The notes under the pieces: generated by a model
Database searches by the model: none
The model's input: the letters and a program-made list of their open reading frames with translations, nothing else
What the model was told of the DNA's origin: nothing
Made by a program: the position numbers and the translations under genes
Assembly: GCA_965204375.1 (NCBI GenBank)
Contig: OZ241986.1
Span: 2,592,001-2,656,000 of the forward strand
Reading direction: 5' to 3'
DNA length: 64,000 nucleotides
Source of the DNA: Candidatus Latescibacterota bacterium
Lineage (GTDB): Bacteria; Latescibacterota; UBA2968
In this document: piece after piece, positions 7,929 to 18,113 of the stretch
Numbering within the stretch: the stretch's first letter is position 1
Layout: each line of letters begins with the position of its first letter

Positions 7929-9059
7929 TCACCAGGCTCTTTCGACGATGATATGCGCTTTCGACCCGGCACCTCCACGATGACGCCAGACCTGCGTTTC
8001 CGTGTTCTCCCCGGTAACGCGGATCTCCCCTGTGTTTTCGTCTCGGTAGCTACAGTCCCCCTTGTATCCCGTGCCATTGATCGCTGTCAATTCCACTGCA
8101 TAGCTCTCGCCTGACCACACATTCAGCGTGTAGCAATCCCAGTCGTTGTCAATTTCTCCGGAAAATATGGTACTGCCATTTACATCGACGCTGATCTTAT
8201 CGCCATCTTCGCACTCGTGGTCCCGCACGCAAATTTTAAGGGTCCCCGTCGTGCCCTTAATTTTCATCGAAAAGTCCTGGATGGCCTGATCACTACTGCC
8301 GACCTGACCTCCGTAGGCATAAATGTGGTCCCTATAGTCCGCCACCCACATGGTCGTCCCGTCCGACCAGACCCCTGTGGGGGAGGTGTTTCCTGCAGCG
8401 AGATCGAAGTCCTTGTTCCGGTCACGAGCTTTGGATCTCATGTTGTAGGCATAAATTTTATGCCGATATCCGTCTGCTACCCACATGGTCGTCCCGTCTG
8501 ACCAGATCCCGTCAGTGCTTTGTGCTCCGGCGGCACTCAGCGTATTGAAGTCCTTGTTCGGATCATGGGCTTTAGATCTCATGTTGTAGGCATAAATCTT
8601 ATCGAATTGGTAAGCGCTGTCCATCACCCACAAGGTTGTCCCATCCGACCAGATCCCTTCAGGAACTCCGTTTCCTGAGGCGAGATAGAAGTCCTTGTCC
8701 GGGTCGCGCGCTCTGGTCCTCATGTTGTAGGCATAGATCCCACCGTCAGCATGATCTACCACCCACATAGTCGTTCCGTCCGACCAGATCCCTGCAGGGG
8801 ATTCGTTTCCGGCGGCTTTCAGCGTATTGAAGTCCCTGCCTGAATCACGGGCCTTGGTTCTCATGTTGTAGGCATAAATCTTGGCGCTCCTGTCTGCCAC
8901 CCACATGGTCGTCCCGTTCGACCAGATCCCTGTGGGATTTCTATTTCCTGAGGCGAGCTTCTCGAAGTCCCTGTCCGGGATGTGGGTCATGTCGCCAGTC
9001 GATGCCGGACCTGTCAATACAAATACCGAACAAATGATCAACATAATGCGGTTCCACAT
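7929..9059 (-). CDS. Secreted protein with five ~45-aa GIWSDGTTMWV.D..IYAYN repeats (beta-propeller-like) and a Cys-containing C-terminal domain
   Basis: Five clear tandem repeats; N-terminal signal peptide; GAGGAGG RBS. Confidence 0.82.
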   Translation of the reverse strand: MWNRIMLIICSVFVLTGPASTGDMTHIPDRDFEKLASGNRNPTGIWSNGTTMWVADRSAKIYAYNMRTKARDSGRDFNTLKAAGNESPAGIWSDGTTMWVVDHADGGIYAYNMRTRARDPDKDFYLASGNGVPEGIWSDGTTLWVMDSAYQFDKIYAYNMRSKAHDPNKDFNTLSAAGAQSTDGIWSDGTTMWVADGYRHKIYAYNMRSKARDRNKDFDLAAGNTSPTGVWSDGTTMWVADYRDHIYAYGGQVGSSDQAIQDFSMKIKGTTGTLKICVRDHECEDGDKISVDVNGSTIFSGEIDNDWDCYTLNVWSGESYAVELTAINGTGYKGDCSYRDENTGEIRVTGENTETQVWRHRGGAGSKAHIIVERAW

Positions 9060-9172
9060 AGATGCCTCCTCTGTAAGCTGTTTTAAAACTATGGTGAAGG
9101 AAAAAAGCTATTGAAAAAGCGTATCCATCTGTCCAATCATCGATCTGACGAGACTCAAAATCTAATTTATAA

Positions 9173-9188
9173 TGCAAAAAGTGTGCCA
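9173..9188 (-). promoter_or_regulatory. Sigma54 (-24/-12) promoter
   Basis: Minus strand TGGCAC-ACTTT-TTGCA is consensus, upstream of the 9059 start and next to a sigma54 activator gene. Confidence 0.88.
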
Positions 9189-9211
9189 ATGTGAGTGCTA
9201 TCCCAAATCAT

Positions 9212-9420
9212 TATATTCGTAAAGGGTTGTTTTATATGAAAAAAAGAGCCAATCTAACTATATAATATCGTCATAGGATAGTTGGATTGGCTCTGCCATA
9301 AGACTTTACTTAGTCTTATAGAAGACGTATTATGGTCTCAGGACTATAGTACGTCCTTTTTTGTTTGCAAGTGTGAGATTCAATATTATGTTTTTATTTG
9401 CAAGTATGAGATTCTATTTT
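9212..9420. promoter_or_regulatory. Candidate IHF site and upstream activator sequences
   Basis: Minus-strand AAACAACCCTTTA resembles WATCAANNNNTTR. Inverted repeats at 9245-9294 (AGAGCCAATCTAACTAT...ATAGTTGGATTGGCTCT) and 9298-9319 (ATAAGACT...AGTCTTAT). Direct repeat TTTGCAAGT(G/A)TGAGATTC occurs twice. Confidence 0.6.
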
Positions 9421-9445
9421 TTACCCATATCACAAGGTTCTTTCT

Positions 9446-12400
9446 ATGATCAAACCGCTTGAGCGCACGGGTACCTGGCAAACTTATTCTATGGCTGATG
9501 GCCTGGCCGGGATACGCACTGAACACATTGCCGAGGATAGCGAGGGCTATCTCTGGTTTGCCACATGGGACAATGGTGTTAGTTGCTTCGATGGCGACGA
9601 GTTCCAGACATTTACCCAACAGGACGGTCTTGTTAGTGATCGCGTTTATTTTATTCAAAAGGACAGCCAAGATCGGTTGTGGTTCGGTACATTAAATGGC
9701 GTCTGCTGGTACGACGGGGCAGATTTCCACCATCTGGAGGACGAGGGGATTGCAGGTCGTGCTGTGCAATTCATTTACGAAGATCATCAGGGTCGTATAT
9801 GGTGTGGTGGTCATCGCACTCTGGGATATTACGACGGCACGGTGTACCACGATTTGATTCCGCTCTACCTGCAAGACTACGAGCAGCCGCCTTCTCCTCA
9901 GTGGCCCAACCAGTGCCGGGGCATTGCCCAGGATCCGGAAGGCCATCTGTGGTTTGGTTTTAACTACCTCATCCGTTTCGACGGTCAATCCTTCCATCGC
10001 TATGAAGAGGGGTTTCCGCCACGCCTCCTGACGAGCTATGCCGTAGGACAGGACAATACCGGTAAGGTATGGATTGGTCAGCACGAACATCACCGCGAAC
10101 ATCAGAACGAACTCTGGTGCTATGTCGATGGTATCCCTCAGCCTGTTCAGGTAGATTGGAGTGGCACACTGCGCAAGATTCAGTGTGACGGTACAGGGCG
10201 GATGTGGTTTAGCACTTCAGACGGCGTGTTCTATCAGGACGGTGATGGGTTTAGCTGGTTTACCCCTGCCGATGGTCTGCCGAATTCCGCAGTTAAAGCT
10301 GTGTTCCAGGATCGCGGGCATCAGTATTGGTTTGCCACCTGGGGAGGCGTCGGGTTTTACGATGCGCATAGTATCAGCGTTTTCGACCCGAGTACAAACT
10401 TATCTCACGTAGCTAAAAGCAAGAGCGAGATCTCGCAGATCGTGCAAGACCGGCGAGGTGATATATGGGTCGGTTATGTAGCTCCCTTTCTCAACCGTCT
10501 GGAGAAAAGCGTTTTTCGCTTTGATGGGGAGAACTTTGCCTTTGTAGGTACCGAGGATGACTCTGATATCAACAACTGTTTTGCTATCTACGAGGACCGC
10601 GATAGGGACCTGTGGTTTGGGGGTCGCAATGGCCTATTCCGCTACGATGGGCAGAAGTTAAAAAAAATAGAAGAACCAAACGCAGGTTCAGGCAAAAGCA
10701 GTATTTGTGCAATTGCTCAGGATTCACAAGGACAAATGCTTCTCGGTCATTGGGAAAACGGCATCAAACAAAGAAGAAGAGACCTTCTTGTTAGTCCATT
10801 GAAGCTCAGTTATCAGCAAGGCGAGGAGTTCCAAACCATTTTTGTGGAACAGGAAGAGAAAGATCCTTTTAGCCGCATCGGCACTGTGATGCCCGGGCGC
10901 AACGGCGAATTTTATTTTCATCTATATCACCAAAATTTCTCTGACAATGACAAGGGTTTCGCGCGCTGGCATCCCGAAGACAAGCTCAAATTTTATGGGA
11001 TTGAAGACGGACTGATAGACGATAGGGTTACAGATCTGTTGTTAGGCCGCGATGGCAACCTGTGGGTGGCTACGCTGAGTGGTCTTTGTCGCTTTGATGG
11101 CAGCATCTTTCAGACCTTCACGACTGAAGACGGGTTGCCGAGCAACCGCATCCGTTGCTTGCTACAAGATCGGCGAGGCCACCTCTGGCTTGGCACAGAC
11201 GGAGGCGTAGCTCATTGCGATGGTCAGCTTTTCCAGACCATCAAGTCACCGCATATAGGACCGGTTTGCCAGATACTCGAAGATCGCGATGGCGCCTTCT
11301 GGTTCGGTACAGTCCAAAATTCTCTGGTGCGCTATCGGCAACAAAAAACGCCACCTCAGATTCGCCTGATTCAAGTGATTGCCGATGAGGTCTATGAGGA
11401 CCTGCAGGAAGACATTCTATCTAAGACAGACCAGAATGTGATTTTCGAGTACAAGGGCCTGAGTTTTTCCACACATCCCAGCGACATGCTCTACATCTAT
11501 CGCCTGAAGGGATACGACTCTGACTGGCAGCCTGCAACCCGAAAAATGCGGGCACATTACCGGGACTTGCCACCGGGAGACTACACCTTCCAGGTTCGGG
11601 CTATAGATCGCGACCTCAATTACTCAGAGATAGAACAGGCACGACTCTCGATAGTATCGGATCCTCGTATCGAAGCATTGACGAACGTCATCAACCGTCG
11701 AGGAAGCCAGAAGTTTATCGGGCATAGCCCAGCTCTGCGCCAGTTTCAAGTCAATCTTGAAAAAATTGCATCCACCAATATAACCGTGCTGATTCTGGGC
11801 GAGACAGGTGTGGGCAAGGGGCTGGCTGCTCGGATGCTACACGCGCTGAGTGCCCATAGTGATGGACCTTTTATAGAGATTAATTGCGGTGCATTGCCCG
11901 GAGCGTTGATCGATAGTGAACTGTTCGGTCACGAGAGAGGGGCTTTTACCAGCGCAATCTCCCAAAGACTGGGCAGAGTGGAACTGGCAGAGGATGGCAC
12001 GCTATTTTTAGATGAGGTCGGCGATATGGCCCTGGAAACGCAAGTCAAGCTGTTGCGTTTGCTGGAAGAGGGCACGTTTGAGCGCGTTGGGAGCAGTGAG
12101 ACGCGGAAGGCAAAGACGCGCATTGTAGCAGCGACCAATCGCGACTTAAAGGAGATGGTCAGTACAGGTGCTTTCCGGGAGGATCTGTATTATCGTCTCA
12201 ATGCCTTTCTGATGTATTTGCCGCCGCTTCGCGAGCGCAAGGAGGATATCCCTGAGTTGGCCGAGTATTTTAAAGATCGCCTATCAGGGCATATCGGCAA
12301 GCAAATAGACCCCTTGACACCAAAAATCATCAAGATATTGCAAGCCTACGATTGGCCTGGCAATGTGCGGGAGTTGGAGCACACCATACAGCGGGCTGTC

Positions 12401-12670
12401 ATCTTGTGTCCTGATTCTCAAATCGGAGTGGGAGATCTGGGACTGTATGTTTCTCGAATCGAAGATACGCAACGGGCCTTATCCGCTTCTCAAGCCCGCG
12501 AAATCGTGCCTTTGGATGAGCATGACCGCCGCTACATCCTCGACGTGCTCAAAGCCACGAGATATCAGATAAAAGGACCCGGTGGAGCAGCGTCACTGCT
12601 TGGGGTACCGCCTTCTACCCTGTATGGGAAAATGAAAAAACTGGGCATCAAAAATCGAAAATCAAAGTAG
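9446..12670 (+). CDS. Sigma54-dependent enhancer-binding protein: two-component-regulator propeller repeats + Y_Y_Y + AAA+ + HTH
   Basis: DGL....V..I..D..G.LW.GT repeats; YIYRLKGYDSDW...YRDLPPGDYTFQVRA; Walker A GETGVGKG; GAFTSA; LFLDEVG; FREDLYYRLN; WPGNVRELEH; C-terminal HTH. Confidence 0.93.
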   Translation: MIKPLERTGTWQTYSMADGLAGIRTEHIAEDSEGYLWFATWDNGVSCFDGDEFQTFTQQDGLVSDRVYFIQKDSQDRLWFGTLNGVCWYDGADFHHLEDEGIAGRAVQFIYEDHQGRIWCGGHRTLGYYDGTVYHDLIPLYLQDYEQPPSPQWPNQCRGIAQDPEGHLWFGFNYLIRFDGQSFHRYEEGFPPRLLTSYAVGQDNTGKVWIGQHEHHREHQNELWCYVDGIPQPVQVDWSGTLRKIQCDGTGRMWFSTSDGVFYQDGDGFSWFTPADGLPNSAVKAVFQDRGHQYWFATWGGVGFYDAHSISVFDPSTNLSHVAKSKSEISQIVQDRRGDIWVGYVAPFLNRLEKSVFRFDGENFAFVGTEDDSDINNCFAIYEDRDRDLWFGGRNGLFRYDGQKLKKIEEPNAGSGKSSICAIAQDSQGQMLLGHWENGIKQRRRDLLVSPLKLSYQQGEEFQTIFVEQEEKDPFSRIGTVMPGRNGEFYFHLYHQNFSDNDKGFARWHPEDKLKFYGIEDGLIDDRVTDLLLGRDGNLWVATLSGLCRFDGSIFQTFTTEDGLPSNRIRCLLQDRRGHLWLGTDGGVAHCDGQLFQTIKSPHIGPVCQILEDRDGAFWFGTVQNSLVRYRQQKTPPQIRLIQVIADEVYEDLQEDILSKTDQNVIFEYKGLSFSTHPSDMLYIYRLKGYDSDWQPATRKMRAHYRDLPPGDYTFQVRAIDRDLNYSEIEQARLSIVSDPRIEALTNVINRRGSQKFIGHSPALRQFQVNLEKIASTNITVLILGETGVGKGLAARMLHALSAHSDGPFIEINCGALPGALIDSELFGHERGAFTSAISQRLGRVELAEDGTLFLDEVGDMALETQVKLLRLLEEGTFERVGSSETRKAKTRIVAATNRDLKEMVSTGAFREDLYYRLNAFLMYLPPLRERKEDIPELAEYFKDRLSGHIGKQIDPLTPKIIKILQAYDWPGNVRELEHTIQRAVILCPDSQIGVGDLGLYVSRIEDTQRALSASQAREIVPLDEHDRRYILDVLKATRYQIKGPGGAASLLGVPPSTLYGKMKKLGIKNRKSK

Positions 12671-12671
12671 A

Positions 12672-13616
12672 TTATATATTATCGCGAATTTTTCTCCAAA
12701 CAGTCGCTGCGGCGTGGACATCCTGAATCGCCAGACCGCTCGAATACGCAATACATTCCTGTCCGCGCAAGTGTTCCAAATGTCCCAACGCCGCATGCCC
12801 GATATTTAATATCTCATCCCCCTCGCCTTTTACCCAGCGGGGCGTATCCTCTCTCGCGCGCAACGCGAGAAACTCGCCCGACTTCAGCACCTGCTCACCG
12901 TGATCAGGCACAACAAATCGCCGCGTCAACAATCCCGGATCCAATTGCGTGGAACGCCCATCGCCCCCAATCACAGAAATATGCACATGGCTTTCCACAT
13001 CGAATAAAATCGGCTCAGGCGTAGGCACAGAAGTAAAAATGGCATCTGCCCCATCAATACATGTCTCAATATCCGCGACCATCTCCAGATCACAGGAAAT
13101 ATCCGCTCCAACATCTACTTGATATGCCGCACGCCTCTCGGCCGTCCTGCTCGTTACACGTATGATCTCTGGCGCCAGAGCCACATCAATACACCTGCCC
13201 ATTGCCTGTGCAATACGCCCCGTCCCCAGAATTGCCGCCGTGCGCACGGGAGTCTTCGCCAAATACTTCGCGCCCAACGCACCCGCCGCACCCGTACGCA
13301 TATTGGTAATATACTCGGCATCAAACGAAATGCGGTCACCCCTCCGCACATCCTCCAATTCGATCACAGCGGTTCTCGAACCCAACCGCCCTATCTTGAC
13401 ATCCGAACGCTCTTCGATAACCTTTTGTCCCGTAAATCTCCCCTTCCACCAGCCCGGCATCACCAGACGAAAAAGATCTCCCTCGCGCGAAACCTCTTCT
13501 TTGCGCAGCGGATTGACCATCTTTCCGAGGCCATAAAGTCGAAACGCCTCGTCGCAACTCTCGACAAAATCTCGCGTTGTCATCACCGAAGCGATTTGCT
13601 CATCTGAAATATACAT
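12672..13616 (-). CDS. Ornithine cyclodeaminase / mu-crystallin family protein
   Basis: ITNMRTGAAGALGAKYLA, ILGTGRIA and SSGLAIQD motifs. Confidence 0.85.
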   Translation of the reverse strand: MYISDEQIASVMTTRDFVESCDEAFRLYGLGKMVNPLRKEEVSREGDLFRLVMPGWWKGRFTGQKVIEERSDVKIGRLGSRTAVIELEDVRRGDRISFDAEYITNMRTGAAGALGAKYLAKTPVRTAAILGTGRIAQAMGRCIDVALAPEIIRVTSRTAERRAAYQVDVGADISCDLEMVADIETCIDGADAIFTSVPTPEPILFDVESHVHISVIGGDGRSTQLDPGLLTRRFVVPDHGEQVLKSGEFLALRAREDTPRWVKGEGDEILNIGHAALGHLEHLRGQECIAYSSGLAIQDVHAAATVWRKIRDNI

Positions 13617-13780
13617 GTGTCATCTCCTGAATGGACGCTCAAATGATACCCAAGAGCGTTGACATTTGTTTTTGGTCGGTCTATTTTAATGCTACAGGGA
13701 TACAATGTAGTCAACTGAACTGGATGAGATTACTCGCACTCAAAACTGCCTCTCTAATCTTACTTCTTGGGGAGATTCTC

Positions 13781-14485
13781 ATGGCACAATCAACTCATGC
13801 TGATCGCCCAATGTACTCTATTTATCGCGCAGGCACACCAATTGTAATTGACGGGCGCCTAAATGAACCTGCATGGGTCGCAGCCCCAGACGTGGGAGCC
13901 TTTGTATTTCCGTGGTACGAAACGGGAAAAAAAGAACAAACCATAGCCAAAATGCTATGGGATGACAATTATTTATACGTCTCGTACATCTGTGAAGATG
14001 CACATATTTGGGCAGAACACACCGCGCGCGACTCCGACGTGTGGAAAGACGATACCGTAGAGGTATTCACAGCGCCCAATCCCGATCGGCCCCAGGCTTA
14101 TTTCAATATTGAAATGAACGTACTCGGCATCTTTCTCGACCAATTTCATCCACAAGGCCCAGACGCACCCGTACCCGGCGAGTGGAACGGCGAAGGCATC
14201 CAGATCAAAACGCAAATCGTCGGCACATTAAACGATGACAGCGACGAAGATGAATACTGGATATTGGAAGCCGCCATACCCTTTGCAAATTTTGCACACG
14301 TCGCCGTGCATACCCCTCCAAAAACAGGTGACATCTGGCACTTAAATCTAAATCGCCTGGGCGGAAAAACCAATGAGCAATTCAGCCAGTGGTCGGGCAG
14401 CCGCACGCCGCAACCGCAATTTCATTCACCAGATGATTTCGGGCGGGTAGTATTCTCGGATAAAACGAGTCCATTCTGGCGATAA
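13781..14485 (+). CDS. Carbohydrate-binding family 9-like (DOMON-like) protein
   Basis: IVIDGRLNEPAW, T.AKMLWDDNYLY, DVWKDDTVEVF and W..EAAIPF; GGGAGA RBS before ATG 13781. Confidence 0.8.
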   Translation: MAQSTHADRPMYSIYRAGTPIVIDGRLNEPAWVAAPDVGAFVFPWYETGKKEQTIAKMLWDDNYLYVSYICEDAHIWAEHTARDSDVWKDDTVEVFTAPNPDRPQAYFNIEMNVLGIFLDQFHPQGPDAPVPGEWNGEGIQIKTQIVGTLNDDSDEDEYWILEAAIPFANFAHVAVHTPPKTGDIWHLNLNRLGGKTNEQFSQWSGSRTPQPQFHSPDDFGRVVFSDKTSPFWR

Positions 14486-14503
14486 TCGCAAAAGGAGAAA
14501 AAC

Positions 14504-15580
14504 ATGTCACAGACATTGCCATTACTCGAAGTCAGTGGTTCGCCAACTGAGCGAGGTCAAGCGCATGGTGAGACATTTAAGGAACAGATTCGGGACCTTG
14601 TCACCATCAATTTTGAGGATATGGTCCAGGGAACACAGGGGTATCTGACAAAAGAGCGCGTATATGAAATTGTATCCACTTACGCGGGGCCCAACCGCGA
14701 CTATGCGCCCCACCTCTTTGAAGAAATGGAAGGAATCGCCGAGGCTGCGGATGTACCCGTAGAAGACCTGCTCGCATTAAACGGCTTTTTGGAATTACAC
14801 GACTATTATTCCGATGCGTTTATGGTATCGGGTTGCACATCGTTCATGGTTCCGGGAGACACATCGGGCGAAGGTGCGTTAATCGCGCAAAATTACGACC
14901 TCTCGTCAATCTATGCCGCGGCAGCAATTCTGGTCAAAGTCAAAAATGATCACGCACCCAACGCGCTCTTTTACACATCAGCCGGCATGCTGGGCTGTGC
15001 GGGCGTAAACGAGGCGGGCATTGGCGTGGTCATCAACAACCTCGTCCCATCAGATGCATCGGGTGGCGTGCTGTATCCCTTCATCATTCGGCGCATCTTG
15101 GAATCCGTGCGAATCGGAGATGCCATAGATGCAGTTATAGCAAAACCGAGAGCATCGGGTATGAATTACGTGATATGCGATGAAAATGGCGAAATATACG
15201 ACCTCGAAACCACGGCGAAAGAATACGAAGTCATCTGTCCCTTTGATGGCCCCATGGCACATTCAAATCACTATCTGACCGACCGACTCAAGCCCTTTGA
15301 ACGGCGTCAATGGGATCAGCGCGGCCAAAGCATCTTGCGCTGGGGCCGCGCCACCAGATTGTTAAAATCCTGCGACAAACGCAATGCAGACACACTAAAA
15401 AATATGCTATCAGATCGGGTAAATACTCCCGTGGGAATATGCCGCCACAACGAAATTCACAATGGCGAAGCCTGCGGTCAGACCATTGCCGGCATCGTGC
15501 TCGATCCCCCGGGGCGAAAAGCGTGGTACACAAAGGGACCGACCGGTGAAAACGAGTGGATTGAATATGGTCTAAACTAA
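14504..15580 (+). CDS. C45 family autoproteolytic peptidase/acyltransferase (Ntn hydrolase)
   Basis: G.P.ERG..HG, GCTS, AQNYD, G.NEAGI and HSNHY motifs. Confidence 0.85.
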   Translation: MSQTLPLLEVSGSPTERGQAHGETFKEQIRDLVTINFEDMVQGTQGYLTKERVYEIVSTYAGPNRDYAPHLFEEMEGIAEAADVPVEDLLALNGFLELHDYYSDAFMVSGCTSFMVPGDTSGEGALIAQNYDLSSIYAAAAILVKVKNDHAPNALFYTSAGMLGCAGVNEAGIGVVINNLVPSDASGGVLYPFIIRRILESVRIGDAIDAVIAKPRASGMNYVICDENGEIYDLETTAKEYEVICPFDGPMAHSNHYLTDRLKPFERRQWDQRGQSILRWGRATRLLKSCDKRNADTLKNMLSDRVNTPVGICRHNEIHNGEACGQTIAGIVLDPPGRKAWYTKGPTGENEWIEYGLN

Positions 15581-15599
15581 AAAAATCCGCATTCCTGTT

Positions 15600-15644
15600 A
15601 AGGCCGTTGCGAGAGGTAATCCTCCTGCAGCGGCCTTTTTTTTT
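15600..15644. terminator. Rho-independent terminator between convergent genes
   Basis: AAGGCCGTTGC...GCAGCGGCCTT followed by a T-run. Confidence 0.75.
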
Positions 15645-17049
15645 ATCCAGCACTCGCCGCTGTGATAAATCGCCTCTCCCTTTGACTTTTGAGCACATGT
15701 TGTTCAATCTCTGCTGGATCGCCCCAAATTTCCAATAGCCGCTCGCACATGGCATCGCGTATTTCGTGGTGTTGTGCCGACTCTGACAGGTCGTTAAACT
15801 CATTCGGATCTTCTGCAATATTGAACAATTCGAGCGGATCTCCCGGGCTCATATTGAGTTTGTAATCGCCCTTTTTGAGCATACCCACGGGCCGAATAAC
15901 ACCGTGTGCGAGGTATTCACAGAAGGCCTCGTCTTTCCAAGTCTCAGTCTCGCCACTGATCAGCGGCAAGAGGCTATCGCCGTCAAGAGGCGCAATATCC
16001 ATCGAAGCGCCAGAGGCATCGATTATAGTGGCGATGAGATCGACGAGCGAAACATTTTGTGCCACGCGCAATCCACCTGGGATATGCCCGGGCCAAACAA
16101 CTTGAAGAGGCACGCGAGAGGACGCTTCATACATATTTGATTTGCGCCACATACCGTGTTCGCCATTCATTTCCCCGTGATCTGAGGTATGCACGATAAT
16201 CGTATCCTCAAGCTGGCCGGTTTCCTCGAGCGCATCGATGAGCCGGCCTATTTTTTCGTCCAAATAGGTAATAAGTCCGTAATAACCCGCGCGTCCCCTC
16301 CGCACGAGTTCCTCGGGAAAATCTGTCATACCAAACATCAGGCGCAGGCGTTTGTAAACCGGGTGCATATTTTCCAGATGGCCTTCGGGGATATCGGGCA
16401 TATCAATCTGATCGCGCGGATACATATCCCAAAACCGCCGCGGAACCACAAGCGGAAAATGGGGTGCGATAAACCCCACATTGATACACCAGGGCTGTTC
16501 TTTGCGAGCGGGATCTTTGATATACGCGAGAGCCGCCTCTTCAACTTGATCATCAACCTGTATCTCAGTCGTTGTACCCGGTCCCGCTTGTGCAATACCA
16601 TTCCAAGGCTTTTGGGCTTCAACAACCCCCGCGTCCCAATTGCCCTCGCCGCGCGGGACACCGTTTTTTGTCCACAGTTCCGCATGCAAATCGCGCGCGA
16701 GTTGTGTGCGAAAACCGTGCAACTGATCGAGACCACAAAAGTGCTGCTTACCCGATATCACAACATCGTAACCGGCATTTCGCAAGCGATGCGCCCACGT
16801 AACCGTATCCGACGCCATGGGAAAACCATTGTCATACGTACCGATGCGATTGATATAACGCCCCGTCATAAATGACATGCGCGACGGACCGCAAATCGGC
16901 GAATTGCAATACGCATTATCAAACGTAACCCCCATCTCAGCCAAACGCTCCATATTCGGCGATTGCACCAGTGAATGCCCGTGAATACTGCTGTATTGAG
17001 GGGCATGCTCATCAGACATAATAATCAGAATATTGGGCTTATCAGACAT
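15643..17049 (-). CDS. Sulfatase (choline-sulfatase-like)
   Basis: PNILIIMSDEH, CGPSR formylglycine motif, GKQHF and SDHGEM.GEHG.W.K. Confidence 0.9.
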   Translation of the reverse strand: MSDKPNILIIMSDEHAPQYSSIHGHSLVQSPNMERLAEMGVTFDNAYCNSPICGPSRMSFMTGRYINRIGTYDNGFPMASDTVTWAHRLRNAGYDVVISGKQHFCGLDQLHGFRTQLARDLHAELWTKNGVPRGEGNWDAGVVEAQKPWNGIAQAGPGTTTEIQVDDQVEEAALAYIKDPARKEQPWCINVGFIAPHFPLVVPRRFWDMYPRDQIDMPDIPEGHLENMHPVYKRLRLMFGMTDFPEELVRRGRAGYYGLITYLDEKIGRLIDALEETGQLEDTIIVHTSDHGEMNGEHGMWRKSNMYEASSRVPLQVVWPGHIPGGLRVAQNVSLVDLIATIIDASGASMDIAPLDGDSLLPLISGETETWKDEAFCEYLAHGVIRPVGMLKKGDYKLNMSPGDPLELFNIAEDPNEFNDLSESAQHHEIRDAMCERLLEIWGDPAEIEQHVLKSQRERRFITAASAG

Positions 17050-17064
17050 AGAAACTCCTGTTCT

Positions 17065-18102
17065 TCATGCCGAAATCACATCCGTAGGTTCACCGGCTTG
17101 ATCGGCGAGCGCGGTATCAAAGATATTTTCAAGCGTACACTGCGGCTCGTAGCCTATCAACGTACGCGCCTTGCTATTATCAGACCAATAGACCCACTGC
17201 ATGGGAACCTCAACCGCAAAAGGCGGAACACCCGTTATCTCCGCGAGATAATCCGCGACCTCGGGAAAAGCGAGCGGCCGGTAAATCGGCGCATTAAACG
17301 CCTCGCCAACCGCAGCGGGATGATCGAGCGCGCAAATACACGCCCGCGCAGTATCGCGAGCATCAGAAGGCGACCACATCCACGGACGCCCCTCGCGATT
17401 GGTGACAGCACATGGTTGATCGGGACGCTCGGCGCGGTCGAGCATATCCTGTGCAATAGCCGCGCCATCCGGATGGTAAATTCCACTTTCCGGTCTATTC
17501 GCAGCTTCTCGGATGCGTCCTGCCACAAACTGAACATTCCAACGCCCCAGCACTTCACTGCCCGCAAACATCCCAGAAGGGCGAATAATGGACAATTGAA
17601 GATCGTGTCCATTCATGTACCCTTCAGCCATCGCTTCGTTTATATATTTCAGCGTGCTATAAAGCCCACGTGGACGCTTGGGATGGATTTCATTCACCGG
17701 CTGATAACAGGGCGGAATATGCTGATTGCCCATCGGATAAACCGCGTCGGTGCTGACATGGACAAACCGGTAGAGTTTATCGGCAAATGGTACTGCCGCT
17801 TCAAAAAGATTGTACGTACCCGTAACATTGATCTCGTAAAACGTCTGATTGTCCATACCGCGCGGGGGACCCAGAATATTTGCCGTATGAACAACCGCAT
17901 CTACACCATCCACAATATCGCGACACAACGCCGCATCTCTGAGATCGCCCTCAATCTTTTCAATATCAAACGAATCGAGCTTGAATTTCTTGGGATCGTC
18001 GGGAAGAATCAGCGCGCGAACATCATCCCCACGCTCAACCAACTGCTTGACGACATTCGCGCCCAAACGCCCCGTAGCACCCGTAACGAGGATTTTGCTC
18101 AT
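17065..18102 (-). CDS. NAD-dependent epimerase/dehydratase (extended SDR)
   Basis: LVTGATGRLG; YSTLK as YxxxK. Confidence 0.88.
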   Translation of the reverse strand: MSKILVTGATGRLGANVVKQLVERGDDVRALILPDDPKKFKLDSFDIEKIEGDLRDAALCRDIVDGVDAVVHTANILGPPRGMDNQTFYEINVTGTYNLFEAAVPFADKLYRFVHVSTDAVYPMGNQHIPPCYQPVNEIHPKRPRGLYSTLKYINEAMAEGYMNGHDLQLSIIRPSGMFAGSEVLGRWNVQFVAGRIREAANRPESGIYHPDGAAIAQDMLDRAERPDQPCAVTNREGRPWMWSPSDARDTARACICALDHPAAVGEAFNAPIYRPLAFPEVADYLAEITGVPPFAVEVPMQWVYWSDNSKARTLIGYEPQCTLENIFDTALADQAGEPTDVISA

Positions 18103-18113
18103 AGTTACCTCTT

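Noticed and set aside
8320-8970. Regularly spaced DNA repeats resembling an array
   Set aside because: They are in-frame protein repeats of the 7929-9059 CDS, with no constant repeat/unique spacer structure and no cas genes.
4400-9100. Co-oriented orphan genes suggesting an integron cassette array
   Set aside because: No attC-type RYYYAAC...GTTRRRY hairpins were seen between genes and no integron integrase is present.
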